DNA of 56,511 bases, filler included, from Sluysia triapertura (taxonomy: Eukaryota): the NCBI GenBank assembly GCA_046118255.1. It is 4 parts of 4 records of this genome, joined end to end, with 100 filler letters (N's around TTAATTAATTAA, not from the genome) between each part and the next. Parts side by side here need not be neighbours in the genome. Positions count along the whole stretch, not along the records: positions 1 to 15,157 come from JBJNIA010236776.1; positions 15,258 to 32,040 come from JBJNIA010197820.1; 2 more parts are not named here. One strand, written 5' to 3'. A program made the position numbers and the translations under genes. The notes under the pieces were generated by a model. The model saw nothing but the letters and a program-made list of their open reading frames with translations. It had not been told where the DNA came from and searched no databases. Positions 12,952 through 25,919 of this stretch are shown in pieces (the stretch's first letter is position 1; each line of letters begins with the position of its first letter).

Positions 12952-14977
12952 ATACTAATATTAATAATAATTGTAATAAAGATGATAAATGGATAAATCG
13001 CTAACGATGAGCAAATGGGTAATGAAACATTGTCATTTATGTGCGAAAAAAGGTTCTATAAACATTTAAGATATAAAAATGATAAAAGTATATTTGTAAT
13101 TTAACTTGCTTTATAAAAGTAATTTTGGAATATTGAATGAAAAACTTATTATTAATAGAAAAATTGAAGTTTTGTTATTTACAATAACAGATATGAAATC
13201 ATATTTTCTAAACGTATCGCTAACATTTTCAAAAAATAAACAACAAATGATCTGTCGATATCCTATATAGGATATTGTCTTTCTTTGCATTTTCTGTAAT
13301 GATAGTCTGTATTTTAATGTTTAAATGAAATTAAAGAATTTGCATAAGGAAAGATTTAAATTATAAAATTAAATTATAATTTATAACAATTATTTTTATA
13401 TTATATATTTGAAAATATTTTTTGTAATTACACTAATATTAATGTCGACTGAAATAAGTTCTTAAAGTATACTTTAATCTTAATTAAGATTACGTTTGAG
13501 TTCTGATCTCAGAATTGCAATGACTAATTAAACTATAAAATATTTTAATTAACATAAAACTTTGATATAAATCTAAAACTAATAAAATGATTTAACAAAG
13601 TTTTAAATAATTATTTAACAATAATAATAACATTTCGTAACAATATTAATGTTACTTTAAATAAATAAAATCGATGAATATACATGTTAAACAAATATAA
13701 ATAATTAACATATTTAAATTTTTGAACACATTTTGAATATATTTTTTTAGATTGGATGTATTGTTTATGGAAAATTATTGTTACCTCTATACTTTGTTGC
13801 TTTAATTTTAAAAAGTTAAATAAAAAAGATAAATATTATTAAATTACCATGAAAATAATAGCAAAATGAATTCTTACAAGAAAATATTATATTACTAAAT
13901 GACCATAGAAATAATATAATCAAAAACATTACACAGAAATTATTATTTAAAAAGAGAAAGGATTCTGACTATATTTATGCGTTATAATCTAGAAAACACA
14001 TAACTAGCTACAATTAAATTACATTATAGAAATGGAGAAAATTCTAAAGTAAATCTTATTGGCCATAATGTTTAATATAATGGGAAAATAATGAAGCAAG
14101 AAAATTTTAATAAATATTTCTAATACAGATTCACACAAGTTTACAATGTTATACTTCTTGAAGAAAAAAATATTACAAATTATAGCGCTTGAAGAAAAAC
14201 ATTTCAATTGAACGATTTATTGATTAATTTTATGGAACATTCATTAATTAAAAATATGTTGGAAATTCTTCTTAATCAAATTCTTTAGACGATGCAGCGA
14301 TCTGATGACTTGCTCCGGCAACATAGGAACGCCTATCTATGTTATGAATATCTGATTTCATTATTTGGTCTAATTATAAAACAAATTTTAATTGCTGGGT
14401 TCTTTTTTAACCTAAAAGCTTCCCTACAGCCAAATAATTAATAGTTATGAGTCCGTTTACAGTATACAACTTATCTGTGGCGTACCTGTAAAATCACTTA
14501 AAGTAATTATTAAAATTTAACTCCTTTAAAAAACGTTCAATTTCTGTCTGATACGGGTAAGTAAAAAATTGTTGATTTATAACTGAAGTTAAATAAAACT
14601 AAACTAAATCAATCGTCAAATTCAACGTTTTAGTTTAAAAAATGTAGATCTAATACTCCTTATTGCAAATTATATATTCCAATAACAAATTACTTCAAAA
14701 TAGCTGATTGCCTACTTGAATTTTAATATTCTTAGTGTTCTTGAAATGAAAATAATAAAACGCAAACGAATATGATAATTTTATTATATAAAACGTAAAT
14801 ATTGTGTATTAGTGTGAAAATTATAAAATTAATAACGTAAGAATAAAAATGATTAAGAAATGTTAATACCAAATGTAAACATCAAATATTAATAATAAAA
14901 TTATAATAATGAATATGCACTTTAGTATATTAAGAGTGTAGCTTTAACAACTCCACCCTATGATAATAATGTTGTGA

Positions 14978-15054
14978 TTGATCTTAAGGACCAACAAAAA
15001 GTATGTGAATTTATATTTTAGAAATAATTTTATTAATCGATCTTAAGGATCAAT
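14978..15054 (-). other. Two CTTAA-loop hairpins 60 bp apart
   Basis: Minus strand reads TTGGTC CTTAA GATCAA (14978-14994) and ATTGATC CTTAA GATCGAT (15036-15054), each with one G-T wobble. Confidence 0.6.
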
Positions 15055-15157
15055 CGTACAAAGAAGATTTTAAGTAGAAGTTTATAACTTAATTTTCTTT
15101 TTTATAAGTTTATAAACCTATATGAAAAAAGCTTACTAAGTAATTTACTAAAAATCG

Positions 15158-15257
15158 NNNNNNNNNNNNNNNNNNNNNNNNNNNNNNNNNNNNNNNNNNN
15201 NTTAATTAATTAANNNNNNNNNNNNNNNNNNNNNNNNNNNNNNNNNNNNNNNNNNNN
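15158..15257. other. Artificial assembly spacer (44N-TTAATTAATTAA-44N)
   Basis: Six-frame stop linker; identical 100-bp layout occurs three times. Confidence 0.95.
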
Positions 15258-15937
15258 AATAACGGCAATAATATTTATGATCATGATAAGCAATTAAAAA
15301 TAGTAATATTGTCAATTAGTGATAGTAGTGGTAGTTGGATAATAATAAGATGAGTGATAATTGGCTGTGAATTTATTATTTATTATTTAATATGTTTGAT
15401 TTTTTGTGTCATTGAAATTGCTCATGGAGACTTTGAATCACCACACAAATGAAATACAAATGAGGTTACAAACTAAGTGAAATCAAAGCTAAGAAAGATC
15501 CTACAGAAAGGCAGTCAGAAACGTTTAGAGAAAGAGCCTTAATGCTAATATTCAAATCCTATAGGTACGTCGTTCAAAGTCACTTAAATATTGTATCATA
15601 AGCGGAACCTAATTATTTACTTTGTAAGTAGTTTTAAATATAAAATACATTTAAAATATAAAATTAATATAAATAATGTAAATAAAATATGACTTGATTT
15701 CAACAAAATGTAACTTAAATATGAAATTATTTTTTTTGTTATTCTAATATCTTGAATCTAATTAAAAGTAAATAATAAAAATGATAAATAAATAAAATAT
15801 GGAGAGAAAGCATATCAATGTATTAGCAGAACAAATAAATACCTATTATATTACTAAACAAAAACAAACAATTAAAATAAATAAAAGGAAAGTTCGCACT
15901 TTATCATTAGAAAAACTGAAAATCAATTAGATTCTAA

Positions 15938-16030
15938 AAAGTACAATTATATTCATTATTTTTGGTTATGTTAACTATATTGGTGATTGTTATTTTAATT
16001 TAAGTAATAATAGATTGAGAAATGGTTGAT
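15938..16030 (+). repeat. Dispersed repeat homologous to 5-123
   Basis: attcattattttt..tattg(c/g)tgattgttattttaat..ttaagtaa(c/t)aatagattgag..atggttgat occurs at both sites. Confidence 0.75.
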
Positions 16031-17384
16031 CATCCAACAAATTATCGGACTTATTATTGCAGATTTAATTCTGATTATTTGCGTGAAACGGTGTTTGATT
16101 GTAAACCTCAATAGTGATTGGACAGAGAAAGAGTACAGAGTATAAATCAAGAAACTATCCAATAGCAGTTTTTTTCTGTGGTAGCTTTTTTTTTTGTAAA
16201 ATAATAATTAGCATATTTAAATTATTTTATATAACTTTATTTAAAAAATAAATAAATATATTATTTTAATAACTAAATAGGAATTATTTTTGGGAAATGC
16301 GCCTTTTGTTTAATAAGGTCCTTTTATTTATAGATTTTAAGAATTATTATTAAATGTTTGTATTGCGTCACCCTTGATGGCTGTAACTATTTTCTGACCA
16401 ATTATGTGCATTTCTAGTAACCAATAGTTGCTGTTGGTTATAATAATTTATCGTTTATATTTGCATTAGATATATTTGGAGTTGTATTATTGTTAGAAAA
16501 AGAACATCTTGTAATAATTTCTCTATGATTTTATGATTATTAAGTTTTAAGTTATTGTTATTAATAATAATATGATTTTATTAAGTTTCAAATATTAGTG
16601 TTAAATTAATATAGGTAAAAAATATAGTAAAAATTCTTTGAAGTAATAAATTGATTACTATAATTTTTAATAAAAAATTAATTTTGACAATTTGAATTCA
16701 CGTTTTTGTTTATTAAATTAATTGAGATTTCCAAGCTAAATTGATTTTGTTATTAAGTTATTGCTAATTTAGTTAAAGGCACAACAAATATATTGTAAAA
16801 TACATTTTATTATAATTTTATCAAATGTATGATTTTGTGATTACCGCTATTTATAAGAATAAGAAATAAATGCCATTAAGTCGTAAATTTTTATTTAACA
16901 TTAACATGATTAAGAAGATCATAAGCATGGATAATGTATGAAATATTTAATAATGTTGTAGTGATTCACCTAATAATTCAAAATTTAATATTATATACAA
17001 AAAATTATCCATCCTTCACAACACATCATAACACAGATTTTTAGATAATACACTTCCTACAAAAGCAATAACATCTCTCACTTTCTTTTTTTTCAATATT
17101 CCAGACATTAGGTATATAGCAATCGTTGATTATGGTAACGGTTAATCATGATAACAATAACATCCTTTTTGATTGTTTCATTCTTATCATTTTTATTTCA
17201 TATTTGTGTGTGACATTTACGTTTTCTATTTTCAGTAATCACATTTTGTAATATAAATTCTTAAAATTAAATTGACAATGTTTCCTAATTCTTCAGCATT
17301 CGAACAAGTTTGGAAATTTATTTTGCGTAAATTTAGTCTATTGTTTCAAAAAGATCGTTTGTGCATTGATGTGTAGGTGAAGAT

Positions 17385-17754
17385 ATGGAAGAAGGTGAAT
17401 TTAAACTAGTTCAGAAAGATTATCGAGAACCTTGCAGCGATAGTAATACTAATGTCAATGAAATACTCAAAACCAACGACCTAAGAAACGTGGAAATAGA
17501 AAATATGCATGAAATTAAAAGCAATAGTGAAATTTTATTCAATATGGACAAAGAAACCACCGAAACTCTTACTAATATGCATTTTATTGAATCTTTGCAA
17601 TTTATAAATAACTCTAACATTTCAGAAGAGCATGGCCTTATCAAAATATATCAATTATTATAAATTATATGATACTACACATTCCTTTAATTTACACATG
17701 AATTTTATTAATATTAAATATGTTACGAAAATTAAAAGTTTTGACTTCAAAATA

Positions 17755-17829
<75 letters not shown>

Positions 17830-18700
17830 TTACTCTTTAATTTTATTGATTGGCCATGTTTAATAAATTTTTCAATAGCCATTTTATTTAATGACTTCTA
17901 GAATGAGTTGTACATCAAATCAGGATCTACAAATGACAATTTCTAATTTAATCTCAACAGTTATTATGTCTTCATGTCAACAGAGTGTTCAGTATCAGAA
18001 TTTAACAAACATTTTTGGTGTTTTAAGCATTAATATATATAATGATATAGATATTAAAATTCCTAATGAACCACCTTTTATTTTTTGTAGTTTTTGATGA
18101 TAAACATTATGCTTAAGATGCTAGACGCAATTGTTATGGTTATTTAGATGTATTTTCTTCACGAATTGAATGTTCTCTTGATTGTAAACGAAGTTTTTCA
18201 CATCGTCATAACTATAAAGATCCTAGATTTTATCACGATTTAGACAACAGACTTAGTAGTAATATTAGTAATAATCAACATTTAGTACCAAACACAATGT
18301 ATCAAATTATAATATTAGTAAAAGTGACAATTTAATACTACCTTAAATGTACGTACCAAAATCATCTAGATACTACTCATCCATTGGTATTATTTACAAT
18401 GATTATCGTAATAATGCACGCATTCATAATTATAATAACATTAATTCTATCAATCAACATATTTATTATTCTATTCATTATCATTTATTACCAACATCTC
18501 CAGCTTCACTCGGCTCGTTAATGTCAAAAATTACCAAATTTTTTATGTGTCATTAGTAAGCAACTTTATTCTATTGATTTTTATTCTGAAATTTTTATGT
18601 CTAAAAGTCGTGTCGTACATAATAAATTAACTAAAACCTATTTTTTCATTCGTGAATTGAATTTTGATTAAGTAAGGGTCCTTAAGACCAATTTTTTATT
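17385..18700 (+). pseudogene. Patchwork locus C: broken ORFs carrying an SRSF1/SRSF9-type RRM1 fragment (~18041-18165), with a CTTAA hairpin at 18677-18689
   Basis: Across one frameshift and one stop it reads DIDIKIPNEPPFIF-VVFDDKHYA*DARRNCYGY, compared with SRSF1 [34 protein letters not shown]. Confidence 0.6.
17752..17828. repeat. (AAT)n microsatellite
   Basis: Directly visible. Confidence 0.95.
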
Positions 18701-19295
18701 AACGATTTTAGTAATTTGGTAATTATATTATTAAAAATTAAAACTTTTATTTTTATAACCGATAACAAAGCTTTTATTAATAATCTTTGTTTCAAAATTT
18801 ATAAACATCTTTCAATACAACCATTTCAACTTTTTACATTAAACGGCTATATGTATAACTACATATGTCTTTGAATATTTCTCATTCCTGATTGCAATAA
18901 TCCTTCGATAAATCTTCAATAATGGAGAGTCTTTTAATGTCAGATCTTATATGTTCTTTCGAAGTGGTTATCGGGACGGTGATAATAGATAGGTATAAAA
19001 GAAAACAAGAAGATGAAATAATTAATTTTTATAACAATGAATTCATTGAATATTATTACAAATAATTTTATTTTTGAAAATAACCGCATCGTATTCCTGT
19101 TCCCATTTGAATCGTGTTTACAGCAATTAAAACAACATTTGATGAGTTGGCTGACCAAATTTAGGATAAAGAATAACTGTTTCGATTAGTAGACAGAAAT
19201 AATTTATTCAAGTCGCATTGTCTTTCCACAAGGAACTCGGCAACTGAAATCAAGTGTTTGTTACCAAAACTATTTTCATTTATTTTCTTTTTCAG

Positions 19296-22200
19296 GTTAT
19301 CCGCAGACTTGTCGGACGAGCTGGAGAGGTCGTACAACGAACTATGTGACATATTTCACAGCAAATGCAAAAATCAAAATGAAAAGTTGCCTCTTATGCC
19401 AACCTTCGATCTAGATCAAGATATTATCAACAGCTTTGTTCGGAAGGAGTCCGGCTTGTCGTCATTGAGCAGCATTAATCAGGACCCCGTAATCAAGACT
19501 TGGAGTGAGCAGATGATTCATGAGCATCAGGCAGAAGAAGACCAGAAGTACAAAGAAACGAGAAGAGAAATTAAAAGAAGACTAGAAGAGATAAAAATTC
19601 AAATTACAGAAATGGTAGAAGAAAACGAAACCAGAGACGATTTGGAGAAGATGGATCGGCAAGAATTCGAACTGGACGTAGAGACGAAAAATGCAATTTT
19701 GGACCAGATAAATAAAGACGAGCAAAGTGTTAGTATGTTTTCATTATCATTGTTGTAAGCAAAGTGCTATTTTGTGGTGTGCAACTGTTTCACAATTAAA
19801 TCGAACAATCGTCAAGAATTTTGAAAATGTGTGGTAGACTTCAGACAGGATCCATTTTTATGGAAACAGGAATATCGGATATCGGATTCGTAATTCAGAT
19901 TTAATACAGTAATAAGAATAATTGTAAGTGGATATTTATGGGCAGAATTCAGAACAGGAACTGTATGACTGTCGACGACGATCGATCCTGATTTTCATTT
20001 TTCCCGGTATTCTTCAGACAATACCAGTATTGCATTAGTATTCAGGATATACAATTACTTCTTATTCTTCTTCTTCTTGTTCCAGGTTCGAGAATCAATA
20101 GATCTGGAAAACCTGGCTCAACAATATATCCACGACATCATCAAGAAAGAGTGCTGGGACAGTATGGCAGTGAAAGGTCGTTCTTTGTGCTCCTTTGCAA
20201 CTTCTGGCGGTGTAACGGTAACTAATTTTCCATTGCGAACGCGGTCTGCAGAGTTCGAACAGCTTCTTGAACGCGTAATCAAACGAAGAAACATAGAACT
20301 GTCCGATAGTAAGGATCTTAGAATGCTGACAGAATTTCTGTCCAAGAACAGTGGGGTTAGTGCTGAAATTTCGAATATGAAATATTTTCTCGCGATATTG
20401 GCCGTTTTGTTTTACCGAATTTACCGAATTTGTTTTTATTTTCACAAAAACATCAAACATTGCGTGGAATTTAACTTTGATCCAGAACGCTTTGGGTCTC
20501 GAAGAACATGTTATTCTACATAAAAATTGTATAGATATTGTACTAATGAATCAAAATAGGAGTGGAACAAATTGCCTTCATGGGTATCAATTTTTGTGAA
20601 CAATTCTTTCTTAATTCTTCAATAATTCTTCAATCGTTCTTCGATAGATCTTCAATAATTTGATAATTCTTCCATAACTCTTCAATAATGTAATGTAATC
20701 TAANNNNNNNNNNNNNNNNNNNNNNNNNNNNNNNNNNNNNNNNNNNNNNNNNNNNNNNNNNNNNNNNNNNNNNNNNNNNNNNNNNNNNNNNNNNNNNNNN
20801 NNNNNNNNNNNNNNNNNNNNNNNNNNNNNNNNNNNNNNNNNNNNNNNNNNNNNNNTCTGATAAAACAAGAAGAGTCTACAAAATGAACAATACTTTATTT
20901 ATGTCTTATAAAATCGATTTTGCTTCTTGCAAGAAAATGTATTTGAAAATAACATTGCAATTTATTAACAGACAGAGCCGAAAGAATCGCTCAAGAGTAA
21001 TGTGTTGAATTTTGATGAAGACTATTTAGTTAGTCTCCAAGACGACGTGACCAACAAGGACCACGATTTGTCAAAAGTATCTAGTTATTTATTGATAAAG
21101 TTGTTGTTACTGTTTTGTTAAGTTTCATGTTAAATAAATTAATAAATCAATCAATGGTTACCCTCTTCATTTTTATTGGATATTTGAACATGTGAATGGT
21201 GGTGGTGGTGGTGTATTTAGACGAATTAGAGATCCACTCATCATCGTTCATAGTTTCAGTTGTCTAGCACGTAAGATGAGAGTTTTTATCTTTGACAGCA
21301 ACATAATGTGACTGAACAGTCTGCAATTACAAAGCTTGGAATGCTTCTCTCCTATCCCTATTAGTAGACTATTTGATACATTACCCATATGAATTATTTA
21401 TCATCTGATGTTTGTAGACGTATGATGATCATGAAGAAATGGAAGAAGAAGAAGAAATTGTTAATTATGATACCTCATTGGGTCCTCAAGGTTAGTATTT
21501 TACTATTTTATAATATTATCCAATCAGATTCCTTATTTTGTATTTTATCCAATTAAGATTTAAAGAATTATGAACCATGTAATTTGATTTTTGTTTACAG
21601 TTTATTAATGTTGCTTTAACATAACAATGAAATGGAATTATTAATAATTCGTTTTCTGAATTAAATTAACCAATCACAATAATGTAAACAAAATGTTTAC
21701 GTTTTGAAATTTCATTTCATTCATTATTTTGGCTTGCTTTTATTGAACTTGTATGTTTATAATTGAATTTCTGTTTTGTTGTTTGTTGGTTGATGTTATT
21801 ATGTCGGCATTACTCTGAATCATTTCATTGAATAACAGCTACTTGACATTTCAACAGTGTGACGTGACGTGTGCAGTGACCTTTTATAGACAACAATGAA
21901 ATAATTATATATACTATGTTTACGTTGGATCTATTTCCGCATTTTGTGTATTCTTGACTGTCGGGAAAATGAGATAATAGAATAAATAAAATAAGATGTG
22001 GAATTATGTATTTATTATTTATTTATTCATTTATTTATGTTTTTTATTAATTATATATATTTACATATTTCAATGAATTCGTATCGTACATTATTATTAT
22101 TATTATTATTATTATATTATTATTATTATTAATTATCATAATTATAGTTATAGTTATAGTTATAATCATAATCGTAATTATAGTAATAGTTATAGTTATA

Positions 22201-22443
22201 GTTATAGTAATAATCATAATCTTCTTAATAATCATAATCTTCTTAATAATCATAATCTTCTTAATAATCATAATCTTATAATAATACGAGAATAATCTCA
22301 TTTTTTACTAATAATTTTGACTAATAATTAAATACCCATCAATACAATCTTATTAACATCTTTATACTCATTAAAACCATTTCAATCAATCTCATATACC
22401 AATGTCATACGACTAGAACTACTATTACTACTACTACTACTAA

Positions 22444-22505
<62 letters not shown>

Positions 22506-22578
22506 ATACTACTACTACTAATACTACTACTACTAATACTACTACTACTAATACTACTACTACTACTACTAGTACTAC

Positions 22579-22635
<57 letters not shown>

Positions 22636-25600
22636 CACGTTTGAAAAAATATCTCAGTTGTTTTACAAGAAACAATCTAACATTTCTGAATATCAAGAAT
22701 GAAATATCTTAAAACGCTCCTAAATGAAGAAGTAAACTGACCACACTTAATGAATGTTATAAGGATCCCATTGTGGTGCCGGAACAATAAAAAATATGAT
22801 TTAAAATAAAACTATATAATAAAAACTATATCTGTTTGAAAGTAGTATCTGACATGACTTCAGAAGTGACAAGATGTATGAAACATGTATGATACAGCGA
22901 TTTGTCGATTAAAGACAGTTAATTTTGTANNNNNNNNNNNNNNNNNNNNNNNNNNNNNNNNNNNNNNNNNNNNNNNNNNNNNNNNNNNNNNNNNNNNNNN
23001 NNNNNNNNNNNNNNNNNNNNNNNNNNNNNNNNNNNNNNNNNNNNNNNNNNNNNNNNNNNNNNNNNNNNNNNNNNNNNNNNNNNNNNNNNNNNNNNNNNNN
23101 NAATAATACTAATAATAATAACAATAATACTAATAACAANNNNNNNNNNNNNNNNNNNNNNNNNNNNNNNNNNNNNNNNNNNNNNNNNNNNNNNNNNNNN
23201 NNNNNNNNNNNNNNNNNNNNNNNNNNNNNNNNNNNNNNNNNNNNNNNNNNNNNNNNNNNNNNNNNNNNNNNNNNNNNNNNNNNNNNNNNNNNNNNNNNNN
23301 NNNNNNNNNNNNNNNNNNNNNNNNNNNNNNCCAAATAAGATTGTTTCGCGTGTTGAGCTCTATCGGCATTGTCCATTCAACAACAGATCTAAAGCAGGCA
23401 CTGATCCCGATCTGACACAAATAAGAAATATGATTATAAATCTATGAAAATGTACGCTATTTTGAAATAATAGAGGTTGAATATTATTTCGAAGAATATT
23501 TCCTGTATCACCACGAATCGCATCGGCATTAGTCGATTTGTGGCGACTAACATTAATATTAATATTTCATTTTTAAAAGTGATATTCAATAAGTGAAATT
23601 AGCCAACCACAACAAATCTAATATTTGACTGCTTATTATGCCACTCTTATAAATGTGTGTGTGTGTGTGTGTTATCTATAAACAGCTACACTTCAGAGAT
23701 ATATTAAAATAAAGGTTGACAATGTTGTTTCTTTAGATTTCAAAACGGCTCCTAATATCAAATATTTGTATTCCCAACTGGAACTGGAGACTCGAGATCA
23801 GAAGGTCAATCAGATCATTCTATTGAAAGTTTGTAGTATTTATTTAAACAATGCGTGTGTGTGTGTGTGTGTACATATCAAGATCAAAATAGAAGTGCCT
23901 GCATCGCTGATTGGTCCAGTTTCTAGTAATATTTATTTAATTTTTCCAGGACATCATTTATCAAATCAAAACTGGATTCAATAAAGAGTTCACAGAAATG
24001 TACCAAAAGAAGGCTCAAGAAATGACGAGAATAAGCGAAAAGAACGGGCGCATTTGGAAGATATTGGAAGACATTGGAATGGAGTCTGAGAAAACGCCGA
24101 ATCCGGAATTCACCCGTGAAGAAATGCCAGAACAGCTACTTGAGGTGCTTGATAGTGAAGTGGTGGGAGTGGAGAAGTATTTAACAGAAGAGGAACAACG
24201 TCGATTGGCTGAAGAAGCAGCAGCGGAAGAAGAACGCCTTCGATTGGCTAAATTGGATAATTGGCGAGAACGTGGCTTGGAAGACATGATGGGCGGTGTT
24301 CTGGAGGTTCGACGAGAAGATGAATTGAAGATCGATATTCCACAGCCAAGTTTTGTCTTAGCTGGCAAGCCGGAAGACGAATGGACAGAAGAGGAGAAAA
24401 AGATTTTCGAGGAGTACAAAAAGAAAGTGGCTGAGTTGAACGAGGAGCGCGAAAAGTATCGCAAGCAGCAAGAAGCAGAATGGAAGAGGCTTGGTACGTT
24501 GATTGAAGATGCAAAACACGCATTTGATGAGAACTTGCTGGCTCTATTCAATAAGCAAATCCAGACTATGATGATAGTGTATCAAGAAGAAATCAAGATT
24601 CTTCGAATTCAGTCCTCCCTTGTGTTCGATGAAGCCCTCGTGTCAAGACAGAGACAGGTCAAGGAGATGATCGCCATAAATCAGAAGCAGATACAACAGG
24701 TAATGATGTTTTTGATCCTGCGGAATCTAACAAGTCATTATTATGTGAAATGTAATACGAGTTTAGAATAACCGTCTAGAAACAAAGAACATTAAATATC
24801 GCAATTTTCGGAACTATTTGTTCTTTCTGAATATATTCGAATACATGAACGAATTAGATCTTGCAGTATTCAAATACTTTGTTTTTTCTATTCGATTTAC
24901 TTCCAACACTCACAGAGTGACTATATTCCTTGTGCTTTCTTTTAATGAGCAATCTTTCTATTCTAGCTTTTCCTGTACTTATCCTTCAAATTAAGCGCCA
25001 TCTTTTAAGATATAATCTCTCGAAATCTTCCCAAGTTACTAAGGTTAATAGAGTTCTGTCCTTAAATTGTAAAAGATGCGATATGAATTTTATTTCTCGT
25101 TATTCTCTCGAGAAAATTAAATTACCTGTTCAAAAGATAGATAACGATTGCGAAATATTTCTATTGATGCAGTATTGTTCGGTTTTAGCTCAGCGAACTA
25201 ATCAAGAATGCCGAAAATATCATAAGCAAGAACAATGACGAATACGATCAAATTGTGGCCGAGGAAAAGCACATGGACAAGGCATTCAAGAAAGAATTCT
25301 CCGATGTGCACGGACACATATACGAAGCGTTGGTCAAGATGTACAAAAAACGCGGAAAATTGACTCGAGTTGCCACGGGGCCTGTACAACCGTTTAAATC
25401 TCAGCCAAACAATCCATTTGGAGATCAGCCTACAATTGGATGGCGTAAGTTGATCATTAGTGAGACTCAAGCAGCAGCTATTGCTGAGCTGGACAAGTTT
25501 GATCTACAAGATCCTACATTCGACGGCAATCCGACTTTGTGGGAACGCTTCAGTCGTATCAGAAGGAGAAGAATAGATAAGGAGATTGCCATTAAAAAGG

Positions 25601-25866
25601 CAGCCGATGAGTTGGCAGAAATGCAGCAATTTTTCGATGTATGTTTTTGATTTCTTAAAGTATTTAACTAAACCTTCAGTCGTAGAACACCACATCACCA
25701 TTTTTAAATTCTTTTTCTAAACCTTGCCAAATCTTTACTCATTGAGCCATTTTGTTTCAAACCATTTAATTGTAACATTTGTATTTCATATAACAATCAA
25801 TGTCGTTACATGAACTTTCATTATCATAGAGATTAATAAGAAATTGAGGAAGTAATCTTTAATACG

Positions 25867-25919
<53 letters not shown>

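Noticed and set aside
22047-22696. Poly-Ile, poly-Ser and poly-Val ORFs
   Set aside because: Translations of microsatellites in a CFAP43 intron.
20611-23420. ORFs containing X runs
   Set aside because: Artefacts of N gaps.
24015-24551. Antisense ORFs over CFAP43, ZC3H14 and CCDC102 exons
   Set aside because: Shadow frames of real sense-strand exons.
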